A stretch of DNA of 64,000 bases from Eledone cirrhosa (taxonomy: Eukaryota). Made by a program: the position numbers and the translations under genes. The notes beneath the pieces are model-generated. The model did not search any database, was not told where the DNA came from, and saw only the letters and a program-made list of their open reading frames with translations. Shown one piece after another: positions 1 through 10,600 of this stretch (positions are counted from its first letter, which is position 1; each line of letters opens with the position of its first letter). The stretch lies in assembly GCA_964016885.1 (NCBI GenBank), contig OZ024741.1, positions 249,798,001 through 249,862,000 on the forward strand. The letters are read 5' to 3'.

Positions 1-1046
1 AAGTTCCTGCCTCCAAGGGGAGATAATTTCCAGCCAGCCAAGGGGAGATAATTTGTAAAAAAATCAGGGGGAGATAATTTGTAAAAAAAAAATCAGGGGG
101 AGATAATTTGTAAAAAAATCAGGGGGAGATAATTTGTAAAAAAAAAATCAGGGGGAGATAATTTGTAAAAAAAATCAGGGGGAGATAATTTGTAAAAAAA
201 ATCAGGGGTAGATAATTTGTAAAAAAAATCAGGGGGAGATAATTTGTAAAAAAAATCAGGGGGAGATAATTTGTAAAAAAAATCAGGGGTAGATAATTTT
301 CAGCCCTCCAAGGGGAGATAATTTCCAGCCGTCCAAGGGGAGATAATTTCCCGCCAGCCAAGGAGAGATAACATTTAAAAAAATCAGGCGGAGATAATTT
401 GTAAAAAAAATCAGGGGGAGATAATTTGTAAAAAAATTAGGGGGAGATAATTTGTAAAAAAAATCAGGGGTAGATAATTTCCAGCCGTCCAAGGGGAGAT
501 AATTTCCATCCTTCCAAGGGGAGATAATTTCCAGCCGTCCAAGGGGAGATAATTTCCCGCCAGCCAAGGAGAGATAATATTTAAAAAAATCAGGCGGAGA
601 TAATTTGTAAAAAAAATCAGGGGGAGATAATTTGTAAAAAAATCAGGGGGAGATAATTTGTAAAAAAAAATCAGGGGGAGATAATTTGTAAAAAAAATCA
701 GGGGGAGATAATTTGTAAAAAAAAATCAGGGGTAGATAATTTGTAAAAAAAAATCAGGGGGAGATAATTTGTAAAAAAAAATCAGGGGGAGATAATTTGT
801 AAAAAAATCAAGGGGAGATAATTTCCAGCCGTCCAAGGGGAGATAATTTTCAGCCGTCCAAGGAGAGGTAATTTCTAGCCGTCCAAGGGGAGAGAATTTC
901 CAGCCGTCCAAGGGGAGATAATTTTTTTAAAAAAATCAGGCGGAGATAATTTGTAAACAAAAATCAGGGGGAGATAATTTGTAAAAAAAAATCAGGGGGA
1001 GATAATTTGTAAAAAAAAATCAGGGGGAGATAATTTGTAAAAAAAA

Positions 1047-1272
1047 TCAAGGGGAGATAATTTCCAGCCGTCCAAGGGGAGGTAATATCTAGCCATCCAA
1101 GGGGAGATAATTTCCAGCCGTCCAAGGGGAGATAATTTCCAGCCGTCCAAGGGGAGATAATATCCAGCCGTCCAAGGAGACATATTTTCCAGCCGTCCAA
1201 GGAGACGTAATTTCTAGCCGTCCAAGGGGAGATAAGTTCCAGCCTCCAAGGGGAGATAATTTCCAGCCAGCC
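1047..1272 (+). repeat. B9 block: nine type-B monomers with a fixed order of variants (example; about 55 copies including derivatives)
   Basis: Order: consensus; GAGGTAATATCTAGCCAT; consensus; consensus; AATATCC; GAGACATATTTTCC; GAGA(G/C)GTAATTTCTAG; 24-bp GATAAGTTCC(A/T)GCCT; CCAGCCAG. The recurring 61-aa pseudo-ORF (1089, 2821, 4079, 6306 ...) marks most copies. Confidence 0.95.
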
Positions 1273-2778
1273 AAGGGGAGATAATTTGTAAAAAAATTAG
1301 GGGGAGATAATTTGTAAAAAAAAATTAGGGGGAGATAATTTGTAAAAAAAAATCAGGGGGAGATAATTTGTAAAAAAAAATCAGGGGGAGATAATTTGTA
1401 AAAAAAAATCAGGGGGAGATAATTTGTAAAAAAAAAATCAGGCGGAGATAATTTGTAAAAAAATCAAGGGGAGATAATTTCCAGCCGTCCAAGGGGAGAT
1501 AATTTTCAGCCGTCCAAGGAGAGGTAATTTCTAGCCGTCCAAGGGGAGATAATTTCCAGCCGTCCAAGGGGAGATAATTTTTTTAAAAAAATCAGGCGGA
1601 GATAATTTGTAAACAAAAATCAGGGGGAGATAATTTGTAAAAAAAAATCAGGGGGAGATAATTTGTAAAAAAAATCAGGGGGAGATAATTTGTAAAAAAA
1701 ATCAAGGGGAGATAATTTGTAAAAAAAAATCAGGGGTAGATAATTTGTAAAAAAAAATCAGGGGGAGATAATTTGTAAAAAAAAAATCAGGGGGAGATAA
1801 TTTGTAAAAAAATCAAGGGGAGATAATTTCCAGCCGTCCAAGGGGAGATAATTTTCAGCCGTCCAAGGAGAGGTAATTTCTAGCCGTCCAAGGGGAGATA
1901 ATTTCCATCCAGCCAAGGGGAGATAATTTGTAAAAAAATCAGGGGTAGATAATTTGTAAAAAAAAATCAGGGGGAGATAATTTGTAAAAAAAATCAGGGG
2001 GAGATAATTTGTAAAAAAAATCAGGGGTAGATAATTTCCAGCCGTCCAAGGGGAGATAATTTCCATCCTTCCAAGGGGAGATAATTTCCAGCCGTCCAAG
2101 GGGAGATAATTTCCCGCCAGCCAAGGAGAGATAACATTTAAAAAAATCAGGCGGAGATAATTTGTAAAAAAAATCAGGGGGAGATAATTTGTAAAAAAAT
2201 CAGGGGGAGATAATTTGTAAAAAAAATCAGGGGTAGATAATTTCCAGCCGTCCAAGGGGAGATAATTTCCATCCTTCCAAGGGGAGATAATTTCCAGCCG
2301 TCCAAGGGGAGATAATTTCCCGCCAGCCAAGGAGAGATAATATTTAAAAAAATCAGGCGGTGATAATTTGTAAAAAAAATCAGGGGGAGATAATTTGTAA
2401 AAAAATCAGGGGGAGATAATTTGTAAAAAAAAATCAGGGGAGATAATTTGTAAAAAAAATCAGGGGGTGATAATTTGTAAAAAAAATCAGGGGTAGATAA
2501 TTTGTAAAAAAAAATCAGGGGGAGATAATTTGTAAAAAAAAAATCAGGGGGAGATAATTTGTAAAAAAATCAAGGGGAGATAATTTCCAACCGTCCAAGG
2601 GGAGATAATTTTCAGCCGTCCAAGGAGGTAATTTCTAGCCGTCCAAGGGGAGATAATTTCCAGCCGTCCAAGGGGAGATAATTTTTTTAAAAAAATCAGG
2701 CGGAGATAATTTGTAAACAAAAATCAGGGGGAGATAATTTGTAAAAAAAAATCAGGGGGAGATAATTTGTAAAAAAAA

Positions 2779-4036
2779 TCGAGGGGAGATAATTTCCAGC
2801 CGTCCAAGGGGAGGTAATATCTAGCCATCCAAAGGGAGATAATTTCCAGCCGTCCAAGGGGAGATAATTTCCAGCCGTCCAAGGGGAGATAATATCCAGC
2901 CGTCCAAGGAGACATATTTTCCAGCCGTCCAAGGAGAGGTAATTTCTAGCCGTCCAAGGGGAGATAAGTTCCAGCCTCCAAGGGGAGATAATTTCCAGCC
3001 AGCCAAGGGGAGATAATTTGTAAAAAAATCAGGGGGAGATAATTTGTAAAAAAAAAATCAGGGGGAGATAATTTGTAAAAAAATCAGGGGGAGATAATTT
3101 GTAAAAAAAAAATCAGGGGGAGATAATTTGTAAAAAAAATCAGGGGGAGATAATTTGTAGAAAAAATCAGGGGTAGATAATTTGTAAAAAAAATCAGGGG
3201 GAGATAATTTGTAAAAAAAATCAGGGGGAGATAATTTGTAAAAGAAATCAGGGGTAGATAATTTTCAGTCGTCCAAGGGGAGATAATTTCCATCCTTCCA
3301 AGGGGAGATAATTTCCAGCCGTCCAAGGGGAGATAATTTCCCGCCAGCCAAGGAGAGATAACATTTAAAAAAATCAGGCGGAGATAATTTGTAAAAAAAA
3401 TCAGGGGGAGATAATTTGTAAAAAAATCAGGGGGAGATAATTTGTAAAAAAAATCAGGGGTAGATAATTTCCAGCCGTCCAAGGGGAGATAATTTCCATC
3501 CTTCCAAGGGGAGATAATTTCCAGCCGTCCAAGGGGAGATAATTTCCCGCCAGCCAAGGAGAGATAATATTTAAAAAAATCAGGCGGAGATAATTTGTAA
3601 AAAAAATCAGGGGGAGATAATTTGTAAAAAAATCAGGGGGAGATAATTTGTAAAAAAAAATCAGGGGGAGATAATTTGTAAAAAAAATCAGGGGGAGATA
3701 ATTTGTAAAAAAAATCAGGGGTAGATAATTTGTAAAAAAAAATCAGGGGGAGATAATTTGTAAAAAAAAAATCAGGGGGAGATAATTTGTAAAAAAATCA
3801 AGGTGAGATAATTTCCAGCCGTCCAAGGGGAGATAATTTTCAGCCGTCCAAGGAGAGGTAATTGCTAGCCGTCCAAGGGGAGATAATTTCCAGCCGTCCA
3901 AGGGGAGATAATTTTTTTAAAAAAATCAGGCGGAGATAATTTGTAAACAAAAATCAGGGGGAGATAATTTGTAAAAAAAAATCAGGGGGAGATAATTTGT
4001 AAAAAAAAATCAGGGGGAGATAATTTGTAAAAAAAA
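2779..4036 (+). repeat. Canonical HOR unit, 1258 bp, 48 monomers (B9-A9-B4-A4-B4-A9-B4-A5); example copy
   Basis: Counted monomer by monomer: 21 type B and 27 type A. The same period appears in ORF-track offsets 2696->3954 (1258), 17523->18779 (1256), 23194->24451 (1257) and 50803->52060 (1257). Confidence 0.95.
3248..3660 (+). repeat. Internal 206-bp duplication (B4 + A4 module, two copies) within the HOR
   Basis: Two B4 blocks containing CCATCCTT and ending in CCCGCCAG lie 206 bp apart (ORF ends 361/567, 2124/2330). They are distinguished by the following GATAACATTT (first copy) versus GATAATATTT (second copy). Confidence 0.93.
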
Positions 4037-7000
4037 TCAAGGGGAGATAATTTCCAGCCGTCCAAGGGGAGGTAATATCTAGCCATCCAAGGGGAGATAA
4101 TTTCCAGCCGTCCAAGGGGAGATAATTTCCAGCCGTCCAAGGGGAGATAATATCCAGCCGTCCAAGGAGACATATTTTCCAGCCGTCCAAGGAGAGGTAA
4201 TTTCTAGCCGTCCAAGGGGAGATAAGTTCCAGCCTCCAAGGGGAGATAATTTCCAGCCAGCCAAGGGGAGATAATTTGTAAAAAAATCAGGGGGAGATAA
4301 TTTGTAAAAAAAAATCAGGGGGAGATAATTTGTAAAAAAATCAGGGGGAGATAATTTGTAAAAAAAAAATCAGGGGGAGATAATTTGTAAAAAAAAAATC
4401 AGGGGGAGATAATTTGTAAAAAAAAATCAGGGGGAGATAATTTGTAAAAAAAATCAGGGGGAGATAATTTGTAAAAAAAATCAGGGGTAGATAATTTGTA
4501 AAAAAAATCAGGGGGAGATAATTTGTAAAAAAAATCAGGGGGAGATAATTTGTAAAAAAAATCAGGGGTAGATAATTTTCAGCCGTCCAAGGGGAGATAA
4601 TTTCCATCCTTCCAAGGGGAGATAATTTCCAGCCTTCCAAGGGGAGATAATTTCCCGCCAGCCAAGGAGAGATAACATTTAAAAAAATCAGGCGGAGATA
4701 ATTTGTAAAAAAATCAGGGGGAGATAATTTGTAAAAAAAAATCAGGGGTAGATAATTTCCAGCCGTCCAAGGGGAGATAATTTCCATCCTTCCAAGGGGA
4801 GATAATTTCCAGCCGTCCAAGGGGAGATAATTTCCCGCCAGCCAAGGAGAGATAATATTTAAAAAAATCAGGCGGAGATAATTTGTAAAAAAATCAAGGG
4901 GAGATAATTTCCAGCCGTCCAAGGGGAGATAATTTCCAGCCGTCCAAGGGGAGATAATTTTCAGCCGTCCAAGGAGAGGTAATTTCTAGCCGTCCAAGGG
5001 GAGATAATTTCCAGCCGTCCAAGGGGAGATAGTTTTTTTAAAAAAATCAGGCGGAGATAATTTGTAAACAAAAATCAGGGGGAGATAATTTGTAAAAAAA
5101 AATCAGGGGGAGATAATTTGTAAAAAAAAATCAGGGGGAGATAATTTGTAAAAAAAATCAAGGGGAGATAATTTGTCAAAAAAAATCAGGGGTAGATAAT
5201 TTGTAAAAAAAAATCAGGGGGAGATAATTTGTAAAAAAAAAATCAGGGGGAGATAATTTGTAAAAAAATCAAGGGGAGATAATTTCCAGCCGTCCAAGGG
5301 GAGATAATTTTCAGCCGTCCAAGGAGAGGTAATTTCTAGCCGTCCAAGGGGAGATAATTTCCAGCCAGCCAAGGGGAGATAATTTGTAAAAAAATCAGGG
5401 GTAGATAATTTGTAAAAAAAAATCAGGGGGAGATAATTTGTAAAAAAAATCAGGGGGAGATAATTTGTAAAAAAAATCAGGGGTAGATAATTTCCAGCCG
5501 TCCAAGGGGAGATAATTTCCATCCTTCCAAGGGGAGATAATTTCCAGCCGTCCAAGGGGAGATAATTTCCCGCCAGCCAAGGAGAGATAACATTTAAAAA
5601 AATCAGGCGGAGATAATTTGTAAAAAAAATCAGGGGGAGATAATTTGTAAAAAAATCAGGGGGAGATAATTTGTAAAAAAAATCAGGGGTAGATAATTTC
5701 CAGCCGTCCAAGGGGAGATAATTTCCATCCTTCCAAGGGGAGATAATTTCCAGCCGTCCAAGGGGAGATAATTTCCCGCCAGCCAAGGAGAGATAATATT
5801 TAAAAAAATCAGGCGGAGATAATTTGTAAAAAAAATCAGGGGGAGATAATTTGTAAAAAAATCAGGGGGAGATAATTTGTAAAAAAAAATCAGGGGAGAT
5901 AATTTGTAAAAAAAATCAGGGGGAGATAATTTGTAAAAAAAAATCAGGGGTAGATAATTTGTAAAAAAAAATCAGGGGGAGATAATTTGTAAAAAAAAAA
6001 TCAGGGGGAGATAATTCGTAAAAAAATCAAGGGGAGATAATTTCCAGCCGTCCAAGGGGAGATAATTTTCAGCCGTCCAAGGAGGTAATTTCTAGCCGTC
6101 CAAGGGGAGATAATTTCCAGCCGTCCAAGGGGAGATAATTTTTTTAAAAAAATCAGGCGGAGATAATTTGTAAACAAAAATCAGGGGGAGATAATTTGTA
6201 AAAAAAAATCAGGGGGAGATAATTTGTAAAAAAAAATCAGGGGGAGATAATTTGTAAAAAAAATCAAGGGGAGATAATTTCCAGCCGTCCAAGGGGAGGT
6301 AATATCTAGCCATCCAAGGGGAGATAATTTCCAGCCGTCCAAGGGGAGATAATTTCCAGCCGTCCAAGGGGAGATAATATCCAGCCGTCCAAGGAGACAT
6401 ATTTTCCAGCCGTCCAAGGAGAGGTAATTTCTAGCCGTCCAAGGGGAGATAAGTTCCAGCCTCCAAGGGGAGATAATTTCCAGCCAGCCAAGGGGAGATA
6501 ATTTGTAAAAAAATCAGGGGGAGATAATTTGTAAAAAAAAAATCAGGGGCAGATAATTTGTAAAAAAATCAGGGGGAGATAATTTGTAAAAAAAATCAGG
6601 GGGAGATAATTTGTAGAAAAAATCAGGGGTAGATAATTTGTAAAAAAAATCAGGGGGAGATAATTTGTAAAAAAAATCAGGGGGAGATAATTTGTAAAAA
6701 AAATCAGGGGTAGATAATTTTCAGCCGTCCAAGGGGAGAGAAAATTTCCATCCTTCCAAGGGGAGATAATTTCCAGCCGTCCAAGGGGAGATAATTTCCC
6801 GCCAGCCAAGGAGAGATAACATTTTAAAAAATCAGGCGGAGATAATTTGTAAAAAAAATCAGGGGGAGATAATTTGTAAAAAAATCAGGGGGAGATAATT
6901 TGTAAAAAAAATCAGGGGTAGATAATTTCCAGCCGTCCAAGGGGAGATAATTTCCATCCTTCCAAGGGGAGATAATTTCCAGCCGTCCAAGGGGAGATAA

Positions 7001-7631
7001 TTTCCCGCCAGCCAAGGAGAGATAATATTTAAAAAAATCAGGCGGAGATAATTTGTAAAAAAAATCAGGTGGAGATAATTTGTAAAAAAATCAGGGGGAG
7101 ATAATTTGTAAAAAAAAATCAGGGGGAGATAATTTGTAAAAAAAATCAGGGGGAGATAATTTGTAAAAAAAATCAGGGGTAGATAATTTGTAAAAAAAAA
7201 TCAGGGGGAGATAATTTGTAAAAAAAAAATCAGGGGGAGATAATTTGTAAAAAAATCAAGGGGAGATAATTTCCAGCCGTCCAAGGGGAGATAATTTTCA
7301 GCCGTCCAAGGAGAGGTAATTTCTAGCCGTCCAAGGGGAGATAATTTCCAGCCGTCCAAGGGGAGATAATTTTTTTAAAAAAATCAGGCGGAGATAATTT
7401 GTAAACAAAAATCAGGGGGAGATAATTTGTAAAAAAAAATCAGGGGGAGATAATTTGTAAAAAAAAATCAGGGGGAGATAATTTGTAAAAAAAATCAAGG
7501 GGAGATAATTTCCAGCCGTCCAAGGGGAGGTAATATCTAGCCATCCAAGGGGAGATAATTTCCAGCCGTCCAAGGGGAGATATTTTCCAGCCGTCCAAGG
7601 AGAGGTAATTTCTAGCCGTCCAAGGGGAGAT

Positions 7632-10600
7632 AAGTTCCTGCCTCCAAGGGGAGATAATTTCCAGCCAGCCAAGGGGAGATAATTTGTAAAAAAATCAGGG
7701 GGAGATAATTTGTAAAAAAAAAATCAGGGGGAGATAATTTGTAAAAAAATCAGGGGGAGATAATTTGTAAAAAAAAAATCAGGGGGAGATAATTTGTAAA
7801 AAAAATCAGGGGGAGATAATTTGTAAAAAAAATCAGGGGTAGATAATTTGTAAAAAAAATCAGGGGGAGATAATTTGTAAAAAAAATCAGGGGGAGATAA
7901 TTTGTAAAAAAAATCAGGGGTAGATAATTTTCAGCCCTCCAAGGGGAGATAATTTCCAGCAGTCCAAGGGGAGATAATTTCCCGCCAGCCAAGGAGAGAT
8001 AACATTTAAAAAAATCAGGCGGAGATAATTTGTAAAAAAAATCAGGGGGAGATAATTTGTAAAAAAATTAGGGGGAGATAATTTGTAAAAAAAATCAGGG
8101 GTAGATAATTTCCAGCCGTCCAAGGGGAGATAATTTCCATCCTTCCAAGGGGAGATAATTTCCAGCCGTCCAAGGGGAGATAATTTCCCGCCAGCCAAGG
8201 AGAGATAATATTTAAAAAAATCAGGCGGAGATAATTTGTAAAAAAAATCAGGGGGAGATAATTTGTAAAAAAATCAGGGGGAGATAATTTGTAAAAAAAA
8301 ATCAGGGGGAGATAATTTGTAAAAAAAATCAGGGGGAGATAATTTGTAAAAAAAAATCAGGGGTAGATAATTTGTAAAAAAAAATCAGGGGGAGATAATT
8401 TGTAAAAAAAAATCAGGGGGAGATAATTTGTAAAAAAATCAAGGGGAGATAATTTCCAGCCGTCCAAGGGGAGATAATTTTCAGCCGTCCAAGGAGAGGT
8501 AATTTCTAGCCGTCCAAGGGGAGAGAATTTCCAGCCGTCCAAGGGGAGATAATTTTTTTAAAAAAATCAGGCGGAGATAATTTGTAAACAAAAATCAGGG
8601 GGAGATAATTTGTAAAAAAAAATCAGGGGGAGATAATTTGTAAAAAAAAATCAGGGGGAGATAATTTGTAAAAAAAATCAAGGGGAGATAATTTCCAGCC
8701 GTCCAAGGGGAGGTAATATCTAGCCATCCAAGGGGAGATAATTTCCAGCCGTCCAAGGGGAGATAATTTCCAGCCGTCCAAGGGGAGATAATATCCAGCC
8801 GTCCAAGGAGACATATTTTCCAGCCGTCCAAGGAGACGTAATTTCTAGCCGTCCAAGGGGAGATAAGTTCCAGCCTCCAAGGGGAGATAATTTCCAGCCA
8901 GCCAAGGGGAGATAATTTGTAAAAAAATTAGGGGGAGATAATTTGTAAAAAAAAATTAGGGGGAGATAATTTGTAAAAAAAAATCAGGGGGAGATAATTT
9001 GTAAAAAAAAATCAGGGGGAGATAATTTGTAAAAAAAAATCAGGGGGAGATAATTTGTAAAAAAAAAATCAGGCGGAGATAATTTGTAAAAAAATCAAGG
9101 GGAGATAATTTCCAGCCGTCCAAGGGGAGATAATTTTCAGCCGTCCAAGGAGAGGTAATTTCTAGCCGTCCAAGGGGAGATAATTTCCAGCCGTCCAAGG
9201 GGAGATAATTTTTTTTAAAAAATCAGGCGGAGATAATTTGTAAACAAAAATCAGGGGGAGATAATTTGTAAAAAAAAATCAGGGGGAGATAATTTGTAAA
9301 AAAAATCAGGGGGAGATAATTTGTAAAAAAAATCAAGGGGAGATAATTTGTAAAAAAAAATCAGGGGTAGATAATTTGTAAAAAAAAATCAGGGGGAGAT
9401 AATTTGTAAAAAAAAAATCAGGGGGAGATAATTTGTAAAAAAATCAAGGGGAGATAATTTCCAGCCGTCCAAGGGGAGATAATTTTCAGCCGTCCAAGGA
9501 GAGGTAATTTCTAGCCGTCCAAGGGGAGATAATTTCCATCCAGCCAAGGGGAGATAATTTGTAAAAAAATCAGGGGTAGATAATTTGTAAAAAAAAATCA
9601 GGGGGAGATAATTTGTAAAAAAAATCAGGGGGAGATAATTTGTAAAAAAAATCAGGGGTAGATAATTTCCAGCCGTCCAAGGGGAGATAATTTCCATCCT
9701 TCCAAGGGGAGATAATTTCCAGCCGTCCAAGGGGAGATAATTTCCCGCCAGCCAAGGAGAGATAACATTTAAAAAAATCAGGCGGAGATAATTTGTAAAA
9801 AAAATCAGGGGGAGATAATTTGTAAAAAAATCAGGGGGAGATAATTTGTAAAAAAAATCAGGGGTAGATAATTTCCAGCCGTCCAAGGGGAGATAATTTC
9901 CATCCTTCCAAGGGGAGATAATTTCCAGCCGTCCAAGGGGAGATAATTTCCCGCCAGCGAAGGAGAGATAATATTTAAAAAAATCAGGCGGTGATAATTT
10001 GTAAAAAAAATCAGGGGGAGATAATTTGTAAAAAAATCAGGGGGAGATAATTTGTAAAAAAAAATCAGGGGAGATAATTTGTAAAAAAAATCAGGGGGTG
10101 ATAATTTGTAAAAAAAATCAGGGGTAGATAATTTGTAAAAAAAAATCAGGGGGAGATAATTTGTAAAAAAAAAATCAGGGGGAGATAATTTGTAAAAAAA
10201 TCAAGGGGAGATAATTTCCAACCGTCCAAGGGGAGATAATTTTCAGCCGTCCAAGGAGGTAATTTCTAGCCGTCCAAGGGGAGATAATTTCCAGCCGTCC
10301 AAGGGGAGATAATTTTTTTAAAAAAATCAGGCGGAGATAATTTGTAAACAAAAATCAGGGGGAGATAATTTGTAAAAAAAAATCAGGGGGAGATAATTTG
10401 TAAAAAAAATCGAGGGGAGATAATTTCCAGCCGTCCAAGGGCAGGTAATATCTAGCCATCCAAAGGGAGATAATTTCCAGCCTTCCAAGGGGAGATAATT
10501 TCCAGCCGTCCAAGGGGAGATAATATCCAGCCGTCCAAGGAGACATATTTTCCAGCCGTCCAAGGAGAGGTAATTTCTAGCCGTCCAAGGGGAGATAAGT

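Larger units (their letters stand above)
1..4388 (+). repeat. Multi-kb duplicated block; its copy lies at ~7632-12019 (offset 7631)
   Basis: Constant offset of 7631 in the ORF track (119/7750, 726/8357, 1758/9389, 3954/11585). Shared rare variants: GAGAGAATTTC (~891/8522), GGCGGTGATA (~2357/9988) and GCTAGC (3864/11495). Confidence 0.93.

Noticed and set aside
60-290. Kinetoplast-like macroscopically bent DNA from repeated A tracts
   Set aside because: The A-tract period of 26-29 bp is about 2.5-2.75 helical turns, not an integral number, so the bends should mostly cancel rather than add.
6731-6750. Singleton 27-bp type-B monomer GGGGAGAGAAAATTTCC
   Set aside because: It is an isolated 2-bp gain absent from the homologous position near 55.92 kb, and cannot be distinguished from a private mutation or read error.
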